64,000 bases of DNA from Botryllus schlosseri. Taxonomy: Eukaryota. Numbering within the stretch: the stretch's first letter is position 1; every line of letters begins with the position of its first letter. The stretch is taken from contig CM119379.1 of NCBI GenBank assembly GCA_051294905.1, forward strand, positions 26,846,001-26,910,000, read 5' to 3'. Shown here in pieces: positions 62,959-64,000 of the stretch. The notes under the pieces are model-generated. The model made no database searches and had not been told where the DNA came from. It worked only from the letters and a program-made list of their open reading frames with translations. A program made the position numbers and the translations under genes.

Positions 62959-64000
62959 CTGAAAAGCAAGAAAATGGAAGCAGTCAGAAAATATCATGTC
63001 GTGAAATCACCATTGCATTGTGGTGATTGACGAACGCTCTATTAAAGTAAAAGTATCTAATGTGGCTTTAAAGAAGATGACACACTACCGACAGCAGAAG
63101 ATAAGAGAATGACACGGTAACGTTGAACTGTGAACTGTGCAACTGCTAACGAAATGAAAGATCTCCGCATATCAGTTCCGATTTACACCTCTTGTTGATA
63201 AACCTACCAGGTAGCTAAAAAGTTCAGCACAACTGCTCTAGAGCGACGATAAAATTTCCAGGACACAAAAAAATGAAACAGAGCACGAGAATCTCTAGCA
63301 TCCCTAAATGTAAGTCTAATAAAGTGTAACTTTGAAGTCAAACTCCAAAGTTCAACAAATACCCGTGATGTACAATGTCAACATTTCAGATTGTTGGCTT
63401 TAGTGCTGTATCGTGAATGACGCTCGACTATACAAAAATAACCAATTATAATCACAAAGCGTGACGTATTAGTGACGTAATTGCTGCAAAACGTTCCACA
63501 GACAACATTAGTCCAATATCAGTGACATTCTGATTTCGTGTTACGTAACACAACACCGATACACATTTTCATAATACATTCATTGCGTAATTATATTAAC
63601 ACTCTGAATATATTATTTTCGAATCCCCAAAAGTATCTTCAAACAACGACAGAAGAGAACAACACGGCGGGAAGATACTCCCGCACTTTATCCGCCGCAT
63701 ATGGTCGAATAATTCTGGTCTAATACAGGGGTGCCCAACCGGCCAAAGGCCGCCGAACAGCCGTTTTTCATTGAGTTACAAAACCTCGATGCATGCAAGG
63801 ACCTGAACAACTAAATATGTCTAGTTGTCTAATTAGACCGAAATATCTTAATTTAATTCGTGAAATGTTTCTATGCTCTTATTTTAATTGTAATCCTATT
63901 TATGTTTGTCATGAAAATGCCGCAAGAGAACTGTATCGCAAAAAACAATCCAAGCTCGTTGTACAGACATTTGCCATTATCTTGCTTATGAGCACGAATT

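Overview
AT-rich, intron-containing animal genomic DNA. It is clearly eukaryotic and invertebrate-like; a tunicate source is plausible but cannot be proven from this window. Supported genes are: (1) the last three exons of a transglutaminase ending in an unusual 56-aa acidic tail; (2) an intron-containing tRNA-Tyr(GTA); (3) a complete 4-exon, 451-aa RASL11/RASL12/RERG-family small GTPase on + (13692-17314); (4) a convergent paralog on -, with exons 2-4 at 62902-62958, 57455-57540 and 44865-45515 and exon 1 beyond the window. The two small upstream exons of the paralog were missed by the ORF track. The most interesting signal is that both GTPases have degenerate switch I/G3 motifs and carry a ~70-aa Ser-rich insertion in the switch II region. 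That insertion begins at the same intron boundary in both genes and keeps one ungapped shared 13-aa motif (NNRYSSGSFEDES / DNRTSYSSFEEDS). Almost all other sequence is non-coding and packed with non-autonomous DNA transposons, mostly hAT-type with 8-bp TSDs, plus a long-palindrome MITE, tRNA-derived SINEs and an (ATG)n-tailed retroposon. Most ORFs in the supplied track are spurious. All family assignments are by eye, without database searches.
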